64,000 nt of DNA from Candidatus Bathyarchaeota archaeon (GCA_963768425.1 CAVYHV010000009.1:214882-278881), one strand, 5' to 3'. Positions 41,831 to 52,877 are shown, counted from the first letter of the stretch. Numbers and translations: made by a program. Notes: generated from the sequence alone by a model not told the origin.

Positions 41831-42553
41831 TTACGGGTTCTCGCAAGCTTTGTTGTTGTAGGGTGTGCTTAAAACTTCTTTGACTTTGTTCGTTATCACT
41901 GGTCCGAGCCCATTCACAGATTTCAACCAGTCGTCTGCGTTAATGAGAGCATTTAACGGAGTCTGATAGGTTTCAAGAATGGCTTCTGCTTTTTCCCTAC
42001 CGATGTTAGGTAGGCTGGCGACGAAGTAGACTTGAGCGTCAGAAATCGTGTCGCATTTCTTGAAAGCATGTACCACAGGACTCCTCTTTTCAACAATTTG
42101 CTCTTGCTTGGCGGCGGTGTATAGGAAATCAACTGTTTCTTTCTGGTTGGAAGTGTTAACTATTGCAATGCCGTTTTTCGCTAGATTGAACATTGCGCCC
42201 CAAACCGCACTGGGCTGAATGTTGCTGTACTTGTAAATGATCGGCAAATATCCTTCGAGCACAATAAGCGCCTTCGGGTATGCCTCTTTTAGGGTGAAAA
42301 TTTGCTCGAAAAGGTATCTCCTTGTCAATGTATAAACGAAGTCGTTTACAGTTTTGCGTTCAACTGCACATTGGTCGGAAAGCACGTAGTCACCTTTCTC
42401 CAGCATCCGCTTCTGGACGTTAGCGCCATGTTCCATTAAGCCTGTAGCAATTTTTGCTGCGCTGCTGGCTTCTCGGCTGTCAATGATGATGGTTGGTTCT
42501 TCACCAGGTTTCTTCTTGTTAACGTAGGGAAGCAACGTTTCTGCTCTAGACAT
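41831..42553 (-). CDS. ERCC4/XPF-type structure-specific nuclease with HhH domain
   Basis: IIDSRE, GDYVL, AVERKT..DF, LPNIG, NGLG. Confidence 0.9.
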   Translation of the reverse strand: MSRAETLLPYVNKKKPGEEPTIIIDSREASSAAKIATGLMEHGANVQKRMLEKGDYVLSDQCAVERKTVNDFVYTLTRRYLFEQIFTLKEAYPKALIVLEGYLPIIYKYSNIQPSAVWGAMFNLAKNGIAIVNTSNQKETVDFLYTAAKQEQIVEKRSPVVHAFKKCDTISDAQVYFVASLPNIGREKAEAILETYQTPLNALINADDWLKSVNGLGPVITNKVKEVLSTPYNNKACENP

Positions 42554-42655
42554 AATGTCAACCTTAAAATACGATACCGCAAACGCAGCCTTATTTCACT
42601 TGCGCTACTCTAAAAGTAAACAGGACGAAAGCGGTCGATGTTCGCTTTTGCCGGA

Positions 42656-43405
42656 TTATAGCTTTTGAGAAACCGATAAAATTCTTGCGGTGAATGGCGC
42701 CATTATGTGCACTGTTACTTGTGGGTCGGTTTCCTTGACTTTTTCTTCGAACTGCCGTTTCTGTTTGTTTGACCCATGCATAGTTATTGCAAAATCGGGT
42801 TTAACGTCAACCACCATTTTGTATGCGTTTTCAGGGGAAGCTGTCGGGGACATTCGTCCAACAGGAACTATCGCCACTCGTGAAGGATAGTCTTTCAGGT
42901 TGACGTATCCAGAGTCGCCGCCGTGGAAAATTGTTATATCGTCCATTTTCAGCTGGTAAAGCATGATCGGTCCACGGTGGATTCCTTGAATGGCTGTTAC
43001 GGTGACACCGCTTAAACTGTAGGTTTTGCCATTTTCGGCGCTTACAAGTTTTTCCGCAGGTACTTTTCCATCAAGTTTCGCAGATACTTTAGCCTCAGCA
43101 ATTATGTGCGAAGCGGTTTTCTTGCAGATATCTTGGGTTTTGCCTGATGAAAAATGGTCCAAATGGTCATGCGTAAAAAGAACTAGATTAACCGGTTTTA
43201 TCATATCTAATTCGTTGCCTTTGATCATCCCCGCGGGGTCAATTAGGACTGTGTGGTCGACACTTCTTACAATGAAGCCTGATACACCCAGATAATACAA
43301 AGCGAGTTCATTCCTCTGCAACGGAGTTTCTGTGAACTCCTTGATCTCGTCAGCTTTGCTTCCCCTAAACAATATCAAACACCAGTTTCTCTTTGAAAGA
43401 ATCAA
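42656..43405 (-). CDS. MBL-fold metallo-hydrolase
   Basis: THDHLDH, FHGGDSG, AITMH. Confidence 0.88.
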   Translation of the reverse strand: MILSKRNWCLILFRGSKADEIKEFTETPLQRNELALYYLGVSGFIVRSVDHTVLIDPAGMIKGNELDMIKPVNLVLFTHDHLDHFSSGKTQDICKKTASHIIAEAKVSAKLDGKVPAEKLVSAENGKTYSLSGVTVTAIQGIHRGPIMLYQLKMDDITIFHGGDSGYVNLKDYPSRVAIVPVGRMSPTASPENAYKMVVDVKPDFAITMHGSNKQKRQFEEKVKETDPQVTVHIMAPFTARILSVSQKL

Positions 43406-43897
43406 GTATAAAAACTAACCGTGTGCTTGGCGATCAGTAAACCTGCGTTTTCTCAGAAATTTGTCTGCTAAACCTGGGAAAAACATTTCCAATTATATAA
43501 AAGAAATAGATAGCCAACTTAATTCTGATTTTACTCGTATCGCGTTAGGAAAAGGGGTTCCTTTGCTTCCTTGCGTCTTATTTCTAGCGGTACTTCATTT
43601 AGCGATATGAACGCAAGCTTTCCCCTCAATCGTTCTCTCTTCGGTTTATTCTGAAAGCTCTTTTGTAACAGGCTGGAGTTTTTTGATTTATGATCCATTA
43701 ACTCTTACCTTAGTAAAGGCACTTAGCAACATAGGATATACAAGCTTGTGACTGTCACGCCCCTATAACAATTCAGAATCAACTAAAGTAATAATGACAG
43801 AAAATTTAGTGGACACGTAATGTCGGCTAAAGTAATGATGGATTAATGCCAAAAAGACTATAATGTTGATTTAGAACAAAAATAAGGTGGAAGGGGT

Positions 43898-45201
43898 TTA
43901 TGGTCCCTTTTTGGTTACTTCTTTTATGACGCCGGCTGCTACTGTTGTACCCATGTCTCTGATTGCGAAGCGTCCTAGCTCTGGGAAGTCAGTATATTGT
44001 TCGACTGCGATTGGGTGTAGCGGTTCCATTCTTACCCATGCTGCGTCGCCTGTCTTTAGGAATGCTGGTTTCTCTTCGGTGACTTGGCCTGTTCGTGGGT
44101 CGATCTTCTTGACGAGTTCTGTGAATCTGCAAGCAATTTGTCCTGTGTGGTAGTGTAATACTGGTGTATATCCTGCTGCAATGGCTGTTGGGTGGTAAAT
44201 AACGATGATTTGTCCAATGAATTCTTTAGCTACCGTTGGTGGGTTGTCAACTGGTCCCGCTACGTCTCCTCGATGAATGTCTGCTTTTGCGATGCCTCTT
44301 ACGTTCATGCCAATGTTGTCGCCTGGTTCCGCGAATGGGATCATTGTGTGGTGCATTTCGATTGATTTGACTTCTCCGGTTTTGTTGCTGGGCATGAAGA
44401 TTATGTTTTGTCCTGCCTTGAGAGTGCCTGTTTCGACTCTGCCTACTGGAACTGTGCCGATACCTGTGATGCTGTAAATGTCTTGTATGGGTACGCGGAG
44501 GGGTTTGTTGGTTGGTTTAGCTGGTACCTCGAGAAGGTCTAACGCTTCAATCAATGTTGGACCTGTATACCATGGTAATTTTTCAGTTTTCTTGATGAGG
44601 TTTTCGCCAGTCCAGCCTGAGACGGGTATGAAGTTGATTTTTTCGATTTTGAAGCCTACCATTCGGAGCATTCTTGAAACTTCGTTCTTTATCTCTTCGT
44701 ATCTTTCTTTGCTATAGTTTACGGATATATCGTCCATCTTGTTGACTGCAACGATTAGTTGGCGGATACCCAAAGTGAATGCGAGGAACGCGTGTTCCCT
44801 TGTTTGGCCGCCTGGCCAATGCCTGCTTCGAACTCGCCTTTCTTGGCTGAGCAGAAAAGAACTGCTGCGTCGGCTTGGCTTGCGCCTGTAATCATGTTTT
44901 TGACGAAGTCTCGGTGTCCTGGTGCATCGATGACTGTGTAGTTGAATTTCTTAGTTTCGAATTTGAGGAACCGAAGGTCAATTGTCACTCCTCTTTCTCG
45001 TTCTTCCTTAAGGTTGTCGAGTACCCAAGCGTACTTGAATGTGCCTTTGCCCATTTTTTCGGCTTCTTCTTCAAAGGCTTTGATTGTCCGCTCGTCGATT
45101 GCGCCTGCTAAGTAAAGAAGGTGACCGGTGGTTGTTGATTTTCCGTGGTCAACATGCCCCATAATGATGAGGTTTAAGTGGGGTTTTTCTGATTTGCTCA
45201 T
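43898..45201 (-). CDS. tuf: Elongation factor 1-alpha (aEF1A); 1-nt frameshift near 44813
   Basis: [42 protein letters not shown]; GQTREHA is recovered by adding one C. Confidence 0.97.
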
Positions 45202-45418
45202 TTTTTCTTCCTCTATTAGTGCATCCTAATTTATGAATTCGGTTAACACATCAGTTCTTCCAATTATTTTAAGTTTTTGTGCCTGATACCATTTTAATGG
45301 CTACAATGGAAAGTGAAACAGCCACCACGAAAATATCTTGAGAGTGGCCGAAACGATATCTTCTTGTGAGGTTTTTGGTCAATGGCCTTAATAGCCCGTT
45401 GATAAGCTATGGCTATTT

Positions 45419-46081
45419 ATGAGTACAGGCGACCTTAAGGTTCAGAGTATATCGGTGGTAACTACCACTTGGAATGAAAGAGAAAACATTGAAGAGTTAA
45501 TTCGTCGGGTCCGATCAGCGTTGGTAGGTGTCCCCCACGAAATAATAGTTGTTGATGACGGTTCTTCGGATGGGACTGTTGAGGTTGCCCGGAAGTTTGC
45601 GGATGTGGCAGTTTCTAAAGTTCGTGAAGGACAAACCAAAGGGTTGCTACACGGAATGAAACTTGCGAAGTTTTCAGTGATTGTTACGATTGATGCGGAC
45701 TTAGAAAATAGTCCCGAGTTTATACCTGTCTTAGTTCAGAAACTTGACAAAGTTGACTTGGTCGTCGCTTCCCGAACGGTTGTTCCTAGGTTCTCTGAAA
45801 GATTTGCCTCCAAGACTTTGGGCAAAAGATTGGGTGTTTCAGATTTTTACTCAAACTTTAGAGCTTACAAGAAAAAAACGTTGGAAAGCTTAACGGTGAA
45901 GGGCGGCGAAACCTTCGGCGGAGAAATGCTGATTAGGGCAAGGAAGAAAGGGGTCAAAATTGGTGAAGTCAAGTATAAGTCTCCGCCAAGGCGTAGCACT
46001 CCCCGCATAGGCGGGAACATTCGAGCTAATCTAAGAATATCGGTTGCAACTCTCAAGTGCATACTTATCTTTTTGTTTTAA
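45419..46081 (+). CDS. GT2 glycosyltransferase (Dol-P-Man synthase-like)
   Basis: WNERENI, VDDGSSDGT, IDADL. Confidence 0.88.
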   Translation: MSTGDLKVQSISVVTTTWNERENIEELIRRVRSALVGVPHEIIVVDDGSSDGTVEVARKFADVAVSKVREGQTKGLLHGMKLAKFSVIVTIDADLENSPEFIPVLVQKLDKVDLVVASRTVVPRFSERFASKTLGKRLGVSDFYSNFRAYKKKTLESLTVKGGETFGGEMLIRARKKGVKIGEVKYKSPPRRSTPRIGGNIRANLRISVATLKCILIFLF

Positions 46082-46193
46082 AGACCTCTCCTTTTTGTGT
46101 TTGCTGTAAGTTGTTGTTTGTTGACAGCCACAAACCGTTAAGTTCAAAGCTACCTAGCACTAGAATGAATCGAACGCTTTAGGAAGGACAAGA

Positions 46194-46757
46194 ATGAGTC
46201 AACATATAGAAAAAACTGGTTTGGAAGTTGCCACTCTTGCTGCGGGCTGCTTCTGGTGCACTGAGGCTGCTTACAGCATAATTCGCGGTGTGGAGCAAAT
46301 TGAACCTGGATACACAGGCGGCACAGTGCCTAACCCGTCCTACGAGGAGGTTTCAGCGGGGACAACAGGACATGCAGAAGCCGCGCAGATTCACTTTGAT
46401 CCCAAGGTGATAAGTTACCGAGAAATCCTGGAGATTTTCTTCACAATCCACGATCCGACGTCGTTGAATAAGCAAGGCGCTGACGTTGGAACCCAGTATC
46501 GGTCAGCCATTTTCTACTACAACGAAGAGCAGAAGGTGACAGCCGAGAAACTCATCGATGAGCTGAACAAAGAAGGCATATGGGACAAGGCCATAGTGAC
46601 CAGAGTTGAACCGCTCAAAGAGTTTTACATGGCGGAAACCTACCATAAAGACTACTACAAAAAGCATCCAAGAGAGCCGTACTGTCAAGTCGTCATCGCT
46701 CCGAAAATCGCGAAGCTTCAGCATCGTTTCATTGACAAAATCAAAGCGCCACCCTGA
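46194..46757 (+). CDS. msrA: Peptide methionine (S)-sulfoxide reductase
   Basis: AGCFWC, GYTGG, TGHAE, QYRSAI, AETYHKDYY. Confidence 0.95.
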   Translation: MSQHIEKTGLEVATLAAGCFWCTEAAYSIIRGVEQIEPGYTGGTVPNPSYEEVSAGTTGHAEAAQIHFDPKVISYREILEIFFTIHDPTSLNKQGADVGTQYRSAIFYYNEEQKVTAEKLIDELNKEGIWDKAIVTRVEPLKEFYMAETYHKDYYKKHPREPYCQVVIAPKIAKLQHRFIDKIKAPP

Positions 46758-46871
46758 CTACCCAGAAGTTAGCATTAAGCTCCGAAAAGGTTTAATGCAA
46801 ATCAAGAGGCGGCAAAGGAGGAGGTTCTGACGATTACTGTGTAATGTTGGCTAGTAGTTGAGGAGCCTATA

Positions 46872-47828
46872 TCAGCCGGGTATTCTGCAAACCAGTTCAG
46901 TGGAGTTCCATGCGTCTTCGACTATTTGGTGGACGAGCTGCATTGAATTAGCTAGTTTTTCGCCTGTGCTTGTCAAACTGTAGGCTTTGAGCGTTCTTCT
47001 GTTGAAGACCAGTTTTTTGCCTTTCAAGCCTCTTAGGTATTTGTAAGTTATTCTCGTAGACAGGCCTGTTTCTTTGGCGAGTTTTCCAGCGCTGATTCCG
47101 CCCTGGCGTATCGCATCGTAGATTTTGCGTTCGGTTTCAGTAAAGTTTTCTTTGCATGGGTTCCGTTTTGATTTGAAGAAAAAGATGTACTCTCTCTTCT
47201 TTGGCGTGGAGATTAATTTGGCTGAGCAAAGTCGTTTGAGGACGCGTGAAACATTTTTTTGCAGAATAAGCGGCTCGATTTCCTCGAAGGTTTTTGGTCC
47301 TGTTAGCAATGCTTGCAAAAGGGTCTCTTCGTAGCACTCTGAGTGAGCGGGCAGTTTGTCTGCCTGTACTTGGAAGTATGCGAGGAGCTCGGTTAAGCGG
47401 AGGCCAAAAGCGGTGGCGTAGAACTCATTTCGCACTTGGGCGGCTAAGCCGATTTCCACGAGGGGACAAAGATACTCTTCGCTGATGGTGCTTTGGCTGT
47501 GGCTTTGACCAGTCTCCTTAAGCTTCTGCTGCAACTGCCCAACCGTGTACCTGCCTTTCACCATAGCTTGTAGAATATCAAGCCTGGTGTTGTTTTTCAG
47601 AACATTAAAAAGCTCTTTTATGTAGTCAGGATTTGCCAACGCTTTTCGTAGCATCCGCAACTCATTCTTCAGTTTATACGCTTGGCATCGGTCTATGCAT
47701 TGGAGCGGAGATATTGGGGAGCAATCTCTGCATTTTGCTTCAAGGGCTTTTATGGTTGTTGATAAGTCGCGATTGTTTTGGGTTCGTCCCTGAGGTGAAA
47801 TTAAGCCTAGAGTTACTAGTTGATTCAT
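46872..47828 (-). CDS. Multi-wHTH regulator with N-terminal Cys4 motif
   Basis: CRDCSPISPLQCIDRC followed by three HTH-like segments. Confidence 0.7.
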   Translation of the reverse strand: MNQLVTLGLISPQGRTQNNRDLSTTIKALEAKCRDCSPISPLQCIDRCQAYKLKNELRMLRKALANPDYIKELFNVLKNNTRLDILQAMVKGRYTVGQLQQKLKETGQSHSQSTISEEYLCPLVEIGLAAQVRNEFYATAFGLRLTELLAYFQVQADKLPAHSECYEETLLQALLTGPKTFEEIEPLILQKNVSRVLKRLCSAKLISTPKKREYIFFFKSKRNPCKENFTETERKIYDAIRQGGISAGKLAKETGLSTRITYKYLRGLKGKKLVFNRRTLKAYSLTSTGEKLANSMQLVHQIVEDAWNSTELVCRIPG

Positions 47829-47876
47829 CCAAGTTCCTCAAGGGGCGTTAGTTGGTTTTGATTTAAAGGCGTTGTT

Positions 47877-47920
47877 GTCAAGGTTTGTTGACTGAAAGTT
47901 AGTCAAACTTTCTTGACTAA
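47877..47920. promoter_or_regulatory. Two GTCAA-N6-TTGAC palindromes next to the TATA box of the wHTH gene
   Basis: 47877-47892 and 47899-47920 (TTAGTCAA-ACTTTC-TTGACTAA); TTTAAA at 47862-47867. Confidence 0.6.
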
Positions 47921-48097
47921 GTTTTAACCCTCTAATTCACAATCAAACAGTTCTGAAACAACTACAAAGCAAAGATTCGAACATGAATTAGGAACACAAG
48001 CCAATTTGCCAACCAAACAAATCGAGAATTTCAATCCTTGCGTATTTAGCTTTGAAATTTGTCTGATAAGCCACTTTGATAAGCAATAGTTTTGTGA

Positions 48098-48220
48098 TGG
48101 CATTTTCAAACAAGTTGTTTTGGGTTGCTTTTTTGGTTTAGGTCTTGAATCATCTGCAGGTTGATACTTTATTTGACTTTATTTGACCTGTTTTGACTTT
48201 ATTTGACCAAATTTGACTTC
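48098..48220 (-). repeat. Dispersed element copy D: conserved block plus TTTGAC x5 at 10-bp period
   Basis: TTTGAC at 48172, 48182, 48192, 48202, 48212; reverse complement of 48117-48147 matches 25030-25060 at 28 of 31 positions. Confidence 0.85.
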
Positions 48221-48694
48221 AAAAGAATTGAAGGAATAATTCGTATGCCGTTAACTCGAAAGGTAACCTTTAGAAGAAAGCTTTCAGAAGGAAAAAAAGC
48301 AGATTTTGAACAGATTAGACGAAAGACCTACACAAGTGCCTTCCTCGCCACTCTTGGTTCTGCGCAGAAGTTTTTTTGGCTACAAATCAGCCTGTTGTTC
48401 CCACACCTGCACTATTAATTGTAAGTCAAAACTCTTTTGCCAGCACTTGCAACAATCAGTTATTTTACGCGCAGATAGGCAAAGAGGAGACAATGCTGAT
48501 TAATAGATTCGGCGACGAATATCGAGAATATATGGTAAAACTGGATTAAAATCCTGTGGTTCTGCCGAATTATACGCTCTAGCTTACTTCGCCGTAGGAA
48601 TTCTCGCAAGTAAAGAATCAGCAGTTAAGAATTCAGCACATAAAATACTTGATGTATGCAGAAAACTAAAGGCAGTTAAAGCCAATTTCGACGT

Positions 48695-49390
48695 TTAACC
48701 GATTAGCGTTCGCTGCATAAATGTTCCGAGCCATGAGCAATAGAGCACTTGTCCAGTTTGTCCGTTAACTGTCATCATGCCATAGATGTTCCCATCTTTA
48801 AGCACTTGCATATTATAGTACCCATAGAATGTTGTTACTTGTCCCACGGAAGTTCCAGTGTAGTTGGCGTTTAGATATTGTTTAGCTATAGTTCCTGCTT
48901 GCTCCACTGAGGTTGCCATAGTCAGTGTCGGATTTCCTCTTAGCCAAGTCATCATTCCACCTGAACCCATCATGCCGCCACCTGTTCCAGTGGTTAAGTA
49001 ACCCATCATGCCTTTGCTATTGATTCCGTATTTGGTGTTCCAAAGCATCATTGCCCCTTGTTCCGCCGCAATTGTTCCTGTTTTATTGCTAATGATTAGT
49101 TCGAATGCTCCTGCACCAGTGTTCTTCTCTACAACCATTACATAGAAGCATTTGGAGTACTCATCAACCTCTTTGACTGAAAGATTAGAGTTACCCAACT
49201 GAGTTACATAGTTTTGAGCCAAGGTAGCTGCATCATTAATTGTCAATGCTGTTCCGCTTGTTGAAGGAGTGGGCTGCGTTTGAGTTGTCGTTGACGTAGG
49301 TATAATTAAGAACACGAATGCTGCGGCAGTTACTAAAGCAACCGCGAGTACAGCGACAATTACTACAATGATTATTTTCTTTGTGTTCAT
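48695..49390 (-). CDS. Membrane-anchored tandem PepSY-like protein with GGMM motifs
   Basis: N-terminal TM, two PepSY-like halves, MLWNTKYG, FYGYY, VNGQTGQV. Confidence 0.75.
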   Translation of the reverse strand: MNTKKIIIVVIVAVLAVALVTAAAFVFLIIPTSTTTQTQPTPSTSGTALTINDAATLAQNYVTQLGNSNLSVKEVDEYSKCFYVMVVEKNTGAGAFELIISNKTGTIAAEQGAMMLWNTKYGINSKGMMGYLTTGTGGGMMGSGGMMTWLRGNPTLTMATSVEQAGTIAKQYLNANYTGTSVGQVTTFYGYYNMQVLKDGNIYGMMTVNGQTGQVLYCSWLGTFMQRTLIG

Positions 49391-49411
49391 TTCTTATTTC
49401 TCCTTGAATAC

Positions 49412-49564
49412 TTAGACAGTTCTTTTTGCTCCACAATTTGGGCATATCGTAACGTTCTGAGGAAACAGCGTTCCGCAGTATTTACACGGAACCATAACAA
49501 CTCTGGGGATTGGCTCTTCTCTGTCCTCATCAGAATCTGAACCACAACCACACACTTTAATCAC
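49412..49564 (-). CDS. Small zinc-ribbon protein (50 aa)
   Basis: MIKVCGCG...CKYCG...CPNCGAKRTV. Confidence 0.6.
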   Translation of the reverse strand: MIKVCGCGSDSDEDREEPIPRVVMVPCKYCGTLFPQNVTICPNCGAKRTV

Positions 49565-49627
49565 TCCTTAATCTTGATTTGTTCTCGTTTTCTTATCTTT
49601 TTCATCTTAAAGGGGAATTTTTGAAAC

Positions 49628-49885
49628 TCACGGGATTCTACCCATCATACCTCTACAGCCCCATCCTCCAACAGGATATTGGCTTGAGGGAGTTGACGTC
49701 GAAGACGACTGTTCAAATCCTCTCATCATTCCGCCATATCCGCTGTAGGATGTTCCTGTTGAAGCGGAGTTCGCTGAAGTGGACGTGCCGATGCGTCCAC
49801 CAGTGTAAGCATAAGCTGATGCAATTAGCAACGCAGCAGCCAAAGCTACAAGGGTCAATACGGCAATCATTTTCAAAGTTTTCAT
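49628..49885 (-). CDS. Small secreted Gly/Met-rich protein
   Basis: Signal peptide; YGGMMRG, GWGCRGMMG; GAGGT SD. Confidence 0.65.
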   Translation of the reverse strand: MKTLKMIAVLTLVALAAALLIASAYAYTGGRIGTSTSANSASTGTSYSGYGGMMRGFEQSSSTSTPSSQYPVGGWGCRGMMGRIP

Positions 49886-50126
49886 TTTTGATTTACCTCT
49901 ACAATACATCTACGGCTGCGTTTGGTATAGAGGTTGGCTGAAACAGTTTTGAAACAGTTTTTTGAACGTTCTGAAACGGTTTAGCGTGAGCCGTTAACCC
50001 AGTTTGAGACCATGACTTCGTTTATGTTTCTTATTGGTTCTACTATGACTAAAGGAATCGGGGGATACGGATAAATTTAATTAACGAATCTCTTAACATG
50101 TACCTAAACCTGCCTGAGCCCCGAAT

Positions 50127-51476
50127 ATGCAAGTTAACTCAAAGATAACTGTCTCAAAACGCATCATCGTTGTTGTCCTCGCAGCCGTGCTTGCTCTTTC
50201 AGCATTTAACACTTACATGATTCTTGAAAGACCCAACTTCAACACAAACGCTGTAAGCTACGATTTTGTCTTGTCCCAAAACGGAAACAACTACCAACTA
50301 AAAAACACTCAAAATGGCGAAACCACTAGCGTTTCACGAAGCGGTGTATCATCAGCAATCAATTCGGCGTTAGCCCGCGGATTATCAGTTTACCTTAACG
50401 CCGGCACTTACGTTCTGAACAGAGACATTTTGCTCTCGAACAAAATCAACGCCAAAATCGTCGGAAACGGAGCGACAATAATCGGAAACGGCCATAAAAT
50501 AATCGTTTACGGTTCCAACTACACTACTTCACAGTACGCAACCATCTCAGGCTTAACAATCATTAATGGAACCCTCCGAATTGAGAACTCATTTGGAACA
50601 ACCGTAACTAACATGATTTTCGAAAACACTTCGACGGGGATTGAATTAGCTAACACAAACACTTGGAGCGAAGATACTCAAATTGATAATTGTTACTTCA
50701 TTAACGCATCCCAAGGAATAGTTTTCGAATCGCCCACTGTTAACGCAACAGGCTCTTACTCCAGCTCAACAATTCAACGATGCTTCTTCAACATCCGCGA
50801 CAATTCAGTCGGCATCAACGTCCAATCTGGAGCACAGTTCTCTGACAGTCAAATACAAAACGTCAGAATGTGGCTCGGCCAAGACGGAGTAACCAACCAA
50901 ACAGGGCTTTTTGTTAACGGCTCAATGTATCAAACGCTACTAACCAGTGTGGTTTTTGAGTCCTTCACTGATGTGCCCAACAACATGTTTGCCATCGACC
51001 TGGGACACGACTGCAACCCTGCTCCAATGCTCGACGGGGACGTCAATTTCCTCGGCAACTGGACAGCAAACATCCACAACCCCTACAGCATCTGGATATC
51101 GGGAGTCGGAACCGCATTTGAAAAACTAAACGTTAATGTTCCCGTCGGATTGAATGGACAATACGGCGCTAATACAACTATCCGGGCTACACCCTTAAAC
51201 ATTAACATGTTTGAACCCAAAATCCAAGCAGAAGGAAGCTTCGCCAACAACGAAACCGTAACAGTGCGTATCCGACTACTCTTCGCCGACAACGTTATCT
51301 CAAGCTCCGTAACCCAAACATTCACAAGCAGTGGATCAGCTTGGTTAAGCAACGACCAGATCCTAACATTGTTCCCATCGCAAAGCATAATTGTCGGAGT
51401 AATCTTCGATGCCCAATCAAGCGCTGGCACGACAGACGCCATCGTAACAGTCAGCGGCTACGGTACGGCTAGTTAA
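50127..51476 (+). CDS. Membrane-anchored parallel beta-helix (pectin-lyase-like) protein
   Basis: AINSAL...VYLNAGTY followed by Asn-rich beta-helix turns. Confidence 0.75.
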   Translation: MQVNSKITVSKRIIVVVLAAVLALSAFNTYMILERPNFNTNAVSYDFVLSQNGNNYQLKNTQNGETTSVSRSGVSSAINSALARGLSVYLNAGTYVLNRDILLSNKINAKIVGNGATIIGNGHKIIVYGSNYTTSQYATISGLTIINGTLRIENSFGTTVTNMIFENTSTGIELANTNTWSEDTQIDNCYFINASQGIVFESPTVNATGSYSSSTIQRCFFNIRDNSVGINVQSGAQFSDSQIQNVRMWLGQDGVTNQTGLFVNGSMYQTLLTSVVFESFTDVPNNMFAIDLGHDCNPAPMLDGDVNFLGNWTANIHNPYSIWISGVGTAFEKLNVNVPVGLNGQYGANTTIRATPLNINMFEPKIQAEGSFANNETVTVRIRLLFADNVISSSVTQTFTSSGSAWLSNDQILTLFPSQSIIVGVIFDAQSSAGTTDAIVTVSGYGTAS

Positions 51477-51490
51477 TGGCGCCGGATTGA

Positions 51491-52877
51491 TTAGGGTTCG
51501 TTAAGCAAGTTTTTTCGACTAAAAATCTTATCTATTTCTTCAGCTTTAAGCAGCTTCTTTTCAAGAACAACTTCTTTTACGGACCGTTTTTCTGCTTGGG
51601 CTTGCTTAGCGATTTTTGCAGCTTCCAAATAGCCAATGTAGGGAGACAGCAGAGTAGCTAACGAAGGGTTCTTTTCTAAGTACTGACTGCACTGATCCTC
51701 GTTGACGGTTATTCCTTGAACACATTTCTTAGTGAACGCTGGGATGAAGTTAGTCAGGATTTGGATGGAGAAAAGCATGTTGTACATGATTACGGGCGTC
51801 ATAACGTTGAGCTCCATTTGACCCGCTTGAACAGCCAGCGAAACCGCTGAATCATTTCCTACAACTTGAAATGCTACCATATCTAAGCATTCAGCCATGA
51901 CGGGATTCACCTTTCCCGGCATAATCGATGAGCCAGGCTGCACCGGCGGAAGAACAATCTCGTTAAACCCTGTTGTTGGACCAGAAGCCAAAAGACGAAG
52001 GTCATTGGCAACTCTGATAAGCTCCAACCCCAACTCTTTAAGACCACTGGAAACTGACTGCACAGCCCTTAGACTTTGAAGCGCCTCAAAATTGTTTGCT
52101 GCAGGCTTAAATGGGAACCCAGTAAGTTTCGCCAACTCCGCTACAGCAAGACGCTTGTACTTGGGGTGGGCGTTGGCTCCTGTCCCTACCGCTGTACCGC
52201 CTAAAGCAACTGAATAAAGATTTTCTTGTCTTCTCTTCAGTTCAGTTTCGGCGTTGGCGACGGCTGAACCGTATGCAGTGAATTCCTGCCCAATTGTTAA
52301 AGGCACAGCATCCTGCAAATGGGTTCTACCCGACTTAAGCACATGAGCATTCTTTTCGCCAAGTTCTCTAAACGCGTTTGACAATTCATTCAACGCAGCA
52401 AGTAGCGGCTGCAACGCGATAAGAACTGAGAGGTGGAGTGCTGTCGGGAACGTATCGTTTGTTGATTGCCCCATGTTGACGTGGTCGTTGGGGTTAACGT
52501 TTTTGTAATCGCCTTTCTCTTTTCCCAAGATTTCAAGAGCCCTGTTGGCTAAAACCTCATTGACATTCATGTTAAAAGAAGTCCCTGCGCCTGCTTGGAA
52601 AACGTCGACGACAAACTGGTCGATCAGTTTACCCGATAACACTTCATCACAAGCGGCAACAATCGCTTTAGCCTTCTTCTCGTCAAGACAACCCAGCTGC
52701 ATGTTCGCAGTGGCTGCAGCTTTCTTGACAAACGCATAAGCGTTGATGAACGCAATCGGAGCTTTTAATCCGCTTACTGGAAAATTCTCTGTAGCCCTCA
52801 AAGTTTGAATGCCAAAATAAGCCTCTTTGGGGACATGCCTTTCGCCTAAGTGGGTCAACTTCTTTCCTCGTTTCCAT
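51491..52877 (-). CDS. Aspartate ammonia-lyase / class II fumarase family; frameshift near the 5' end
   Basis: QAGAGTS.NMN.NE, GRTHLQDAVP, GSSIMPGKVNP; true N-terminus METRKEVDPL lies in a different frame. Confidence 0.9.

Noticed and set aside
31840-45201. Programmed frameshifting or pseudogenisation of purA and tuf
   Set aside because: Single-base indels at short homopolymers occur in many unrelated conserved genes, which is best explained by long-read consensus error.
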